The notes beneath the pieces are model-generated. The model made no database searches. It saw only the letters and a program-made list of their open reading frames with translations, and had not been told where the DNA came from. From Heterodontus francisci (taxonomy: Eukaryota), in contig NC_090378.1 of NCBI RefSeq assembly GCF_036365525.1, positions 115,677,593-115,741,592 of the forward strand: a DNA stretch of 64,000 bases, read 5' to 3'. Below are positions 61,353 to 64,000 of the stretch, piece by piece (position 1 is the stretch's first letter; each line of letters opens with the position of its first letter). A program made the translations under genes and the position numbers.

Positions 61353-63391
61353 TCACTGTGAGGAGGGAGTGGAAGTGCACCTGGCCCTCCACTCCCCCAG
61401 CAACCCATTGAGGAACACATTAAAACGGCGCCTCTCAACCAATTTCACGTCCGCACGCTTGCCCGCTTTCTTCAGGGCGGCACGGACGGACTGGATGATC
61501 AGCGCCAGATTCGACCAACGGTCGAGGGCCAGCTGAACTTTATTGCGGCAACCCCTGCAAGCCGCGAGGAAATCCCGGAGTTCCGCCGTGGGGATGAGAG
61601 GAGATTCGGTGGGAGGCATGAGGGACTCCACCACCTCACTGGCGATAGAATCAAGGTCATCCTCCATGCCCAACACTGAATCCCCATCCTCCTCCGGGTC
61701 GTCACAGCCAGCGGCCGACACATCCACCACACACTGTGGGGCGGACGTCCCGGCTACGCCAGCTGGTCCTGCCTCCGTCATGATCCCACCCCCAGGATCG
61801 ATGGCGGAGGAGTCCTCTCTGGGTTCTGTTATGAAACTGGAGCCTGTGGGCGCCAGCAGTTCAGGACCCCCCTCCACCTCCGCCCCCAGGCCAATGAGTG
61901 GTCCAGGGGGGACAGACGTTCTCGACTCCGGAAATCTAGCCGGAGCCGAGACCGGAGGCGGAGGGAGGAGGCTACCTTCCGCTCCACCAGCACCCACAGG
62001 CCCAGCAGATGGGGCAGCATTCTCAGTTTTCACCAGGTCGGGTGTCTCCTGGTTGGTGGTGGACTCCGGCTGGGAGGGCTGGCCCTCTGGGGCGTCGCCC
62101 TCCCCTTCATTTAGGGCACCCGACCCAATAGCAGTGGCGGAATGGGCGGCTTCCCCAGGCTCCCCCACCACAAGCAGGGCCCCACTTACTCCTTCAGGAG
62201 GGGCCTGTGTACCGGGGCCATCCCCTCCCCTCCATCCTGAGGAATAGGGAGCACCTGCCCGGACTTTGTAGCCTTGGTGGTGGCAGTAGGGGGAACCTGA
62301 GGACCAGAAACAGGAGACAGCTCCCCTCCAACAGATGGGCCCTGCACCTCAGGGCCCTGTGTTATTTCTGTGGAGGGGTGCCTTCTCTTTTTCGCACTTG
62401 GGCGCGGAGACTCAGAGACCTCCATGTCATCAGAGGCCTCCGCCTCCACTTTCTTTTTTTCCTTTCTTGTCACCCTCGGCCTGAGCCCAGCCCTGGGACA
62501 GGTGGATTCCATGGGAATGGGCTTTGGGCTGAGCTCAGGCTCGGGTTGAGTCAAAGTGTCCAGGGGACGCGCCTCATGATGTTTCTTTTTTCCCCGCGTC
62601 TTCCTTCCGCTCGGATGGACGCTCCCCTCCCCGCCGGAGGCTGTGAAAACCACAGCCTCTGGAACCGACTGAGCGGTGTCTATTGGATGTGTTGGGGGAG
62701 TGGGAGGAGGTGCTGTGGAACCACTCTGGGCCGCCGAGGTGGAACTGGCGGCCGGGAGGTTGGGGCAGTTCTTACGAACATGCCCCACCCCCTTGCAGAC
62801 GTGGCACCGCGCCCCGTCCAAGGTCCAAAAGACGCGGTAGGCCGTCCCCTGGAACTCCACATTAAATTGGCCCTCCGTGTCCTCCTCCCGCGCCAGCTGC
62901 ATAAATAACTGGCGGCGGAAGGAGTAGACATGTTGGAGGCTGTGCTCCCGAAGACCAAGCCGGACTGTGGTGATCCCCGACCTCACCTCCCCCAGATGGT
63001 GCAGGTGGGGGAGGAGGAGCTCACTGGGAATGAAGGGTGGGACGTTGGACAACATTATCCGATGCACAGTGGCCCCCAGAGGGTCCACTGGCAGGAAGGT
63101 CCCCCCCACAGTGAGCTCTTTACTCAGGGCCAAGGACACCGCCCGCTCGGTCTTCAAAAAGAACACAGCCTTCCCAAACATCTTTGAGGCCGCAACAATG
63201 GCCGAGGGGCCGACAACCACGGCCATTGCCTTAACGCAGGCCTCAATAGACATGTTGGGGTGGGGATAGCTCTTCACCCCATGGCTGCATGTCAACAATT
63301 TAAAGGGTGACGGGGCCACGTGGGCAGCCACAGAAGCTGCAGCTGCGTAGGTAGTAGAGGGCCCCGCCACCGGTGATGAGGGGCTTGCCAT
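61353..63391 (-). pseudogene. Tx1 ORF1 (zinc-knuckle protein), interrupted by a 1-bp deletion near 62206
   Basis: The 401-aa and 272-aa ORFs join into one ORF1 when aligned to copy B (ggcctcatgtacc versus ggcctgtgtacc). CHVCKGVGHVRKNC knuckle present. Confidence 0.9.
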
Positions 63392-64000
63392 GATCTAAGA
63401 GCTAAACCCACCCCAAATTGTGGACTTGCACACAAATATCAGCGATTCACCAAAAATATTGAATGTGTATTGAAACAAAGCAAACAACAACAGGTTAGTG
63501 GAGAGGCTGAGGTAATAGAGGAGAGGCAAAGGCAGGCTGTATGGGATGACTTGCTTTCCGGAGGTGGTGCTCACAGTACACTTAAAACAGTCTTTGAAGT
63601 TGGTCTTCCGGTCTTCTGGTTGGGGGAGTCGTCTTCACCTGGGTCAGCTGAAGCTGCCCAGGCACTATCTATCCCCTTCCGTCTGTTTAGCTGGGCAGCT
63701 TCAGCTGACCAAGGCTTGGCAATTGGGGTGGGGAGGGAGCTTTCCTGTGTGCTTGTGCAGCAGCACAGATTCCTGTTGAATTGGCAGCCCCACCCCTTGT
63801 TGTTCCAGCCACTTGTTCCTCCCCCAACAGTCCAAAGTAAATTACTGGTGTTCAGCACCCACCTCCAGACAAAGCCTTGTTTCCAAAAAAATGTCTCTTT
63901 CTTCTCTTTAATGGAGACTGTTGTTGAAGTTTCACCTCTGCTTAGTTGTAGCTGCTCTCCCTTGCTCAGTGTAGCTCCTCTCTCCACCTCTGCAACCTCC

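Larger units (their letters stand above)
57441..64000 (-). mobile_element. Tx1-clade LINE copy C (5' end beyond the window edge)
   Basis: Poly(A) tail, 3' UTR, uninterrupted ORF2, ORF1 with one frameshift, and 5' UTR homologous to copy B. Confidence 0.96.

Noticed and set aside
47533-63269. Numerous long plus-strand ORFs over the Tx1 copies
   Set aside because: Antisense shadows of GC-rich LINE coding sequence with no domain evidence

Overview
Eukaryotic genomic DNA, most likely from a cartilaginous fish (shark). The basis is a shark-type kappa light-chain V gene plus the CR1/L2/Tx1 LINE content. From left to right the window holds: an old Tx1 fragment; a ~28.3 kb array of a 61-bp satellite (~460 units, ~5.5 kb higher-order duplication, one RTE LINE insertion) that ends about 10 bp from the perfect 12-RSS of an intact germline Ig kappa V gene on the minus strand, with no J or C segment in the window; CR1/L2 relics and minisatellites; a young full-length CR1; and a 16.5 kb head-to-tail stack of minus-strand retro-insertions. 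The stack is the main finding. Three Tx1-clade LINEs, two host mRNA retrocopies (an intact intronless IFITM-family gene and a 5'-truncated RPL37) and several poly(A)-only micro-insertions all sit at the same position (TATCTAACCC(C)G/A|) of a ~68-bp repeat. This looks like a site-directed retrotransposon landing pad that also captures cellular mRNAs. Which enzyme made the retrocopies cannot be settled from this window alone.
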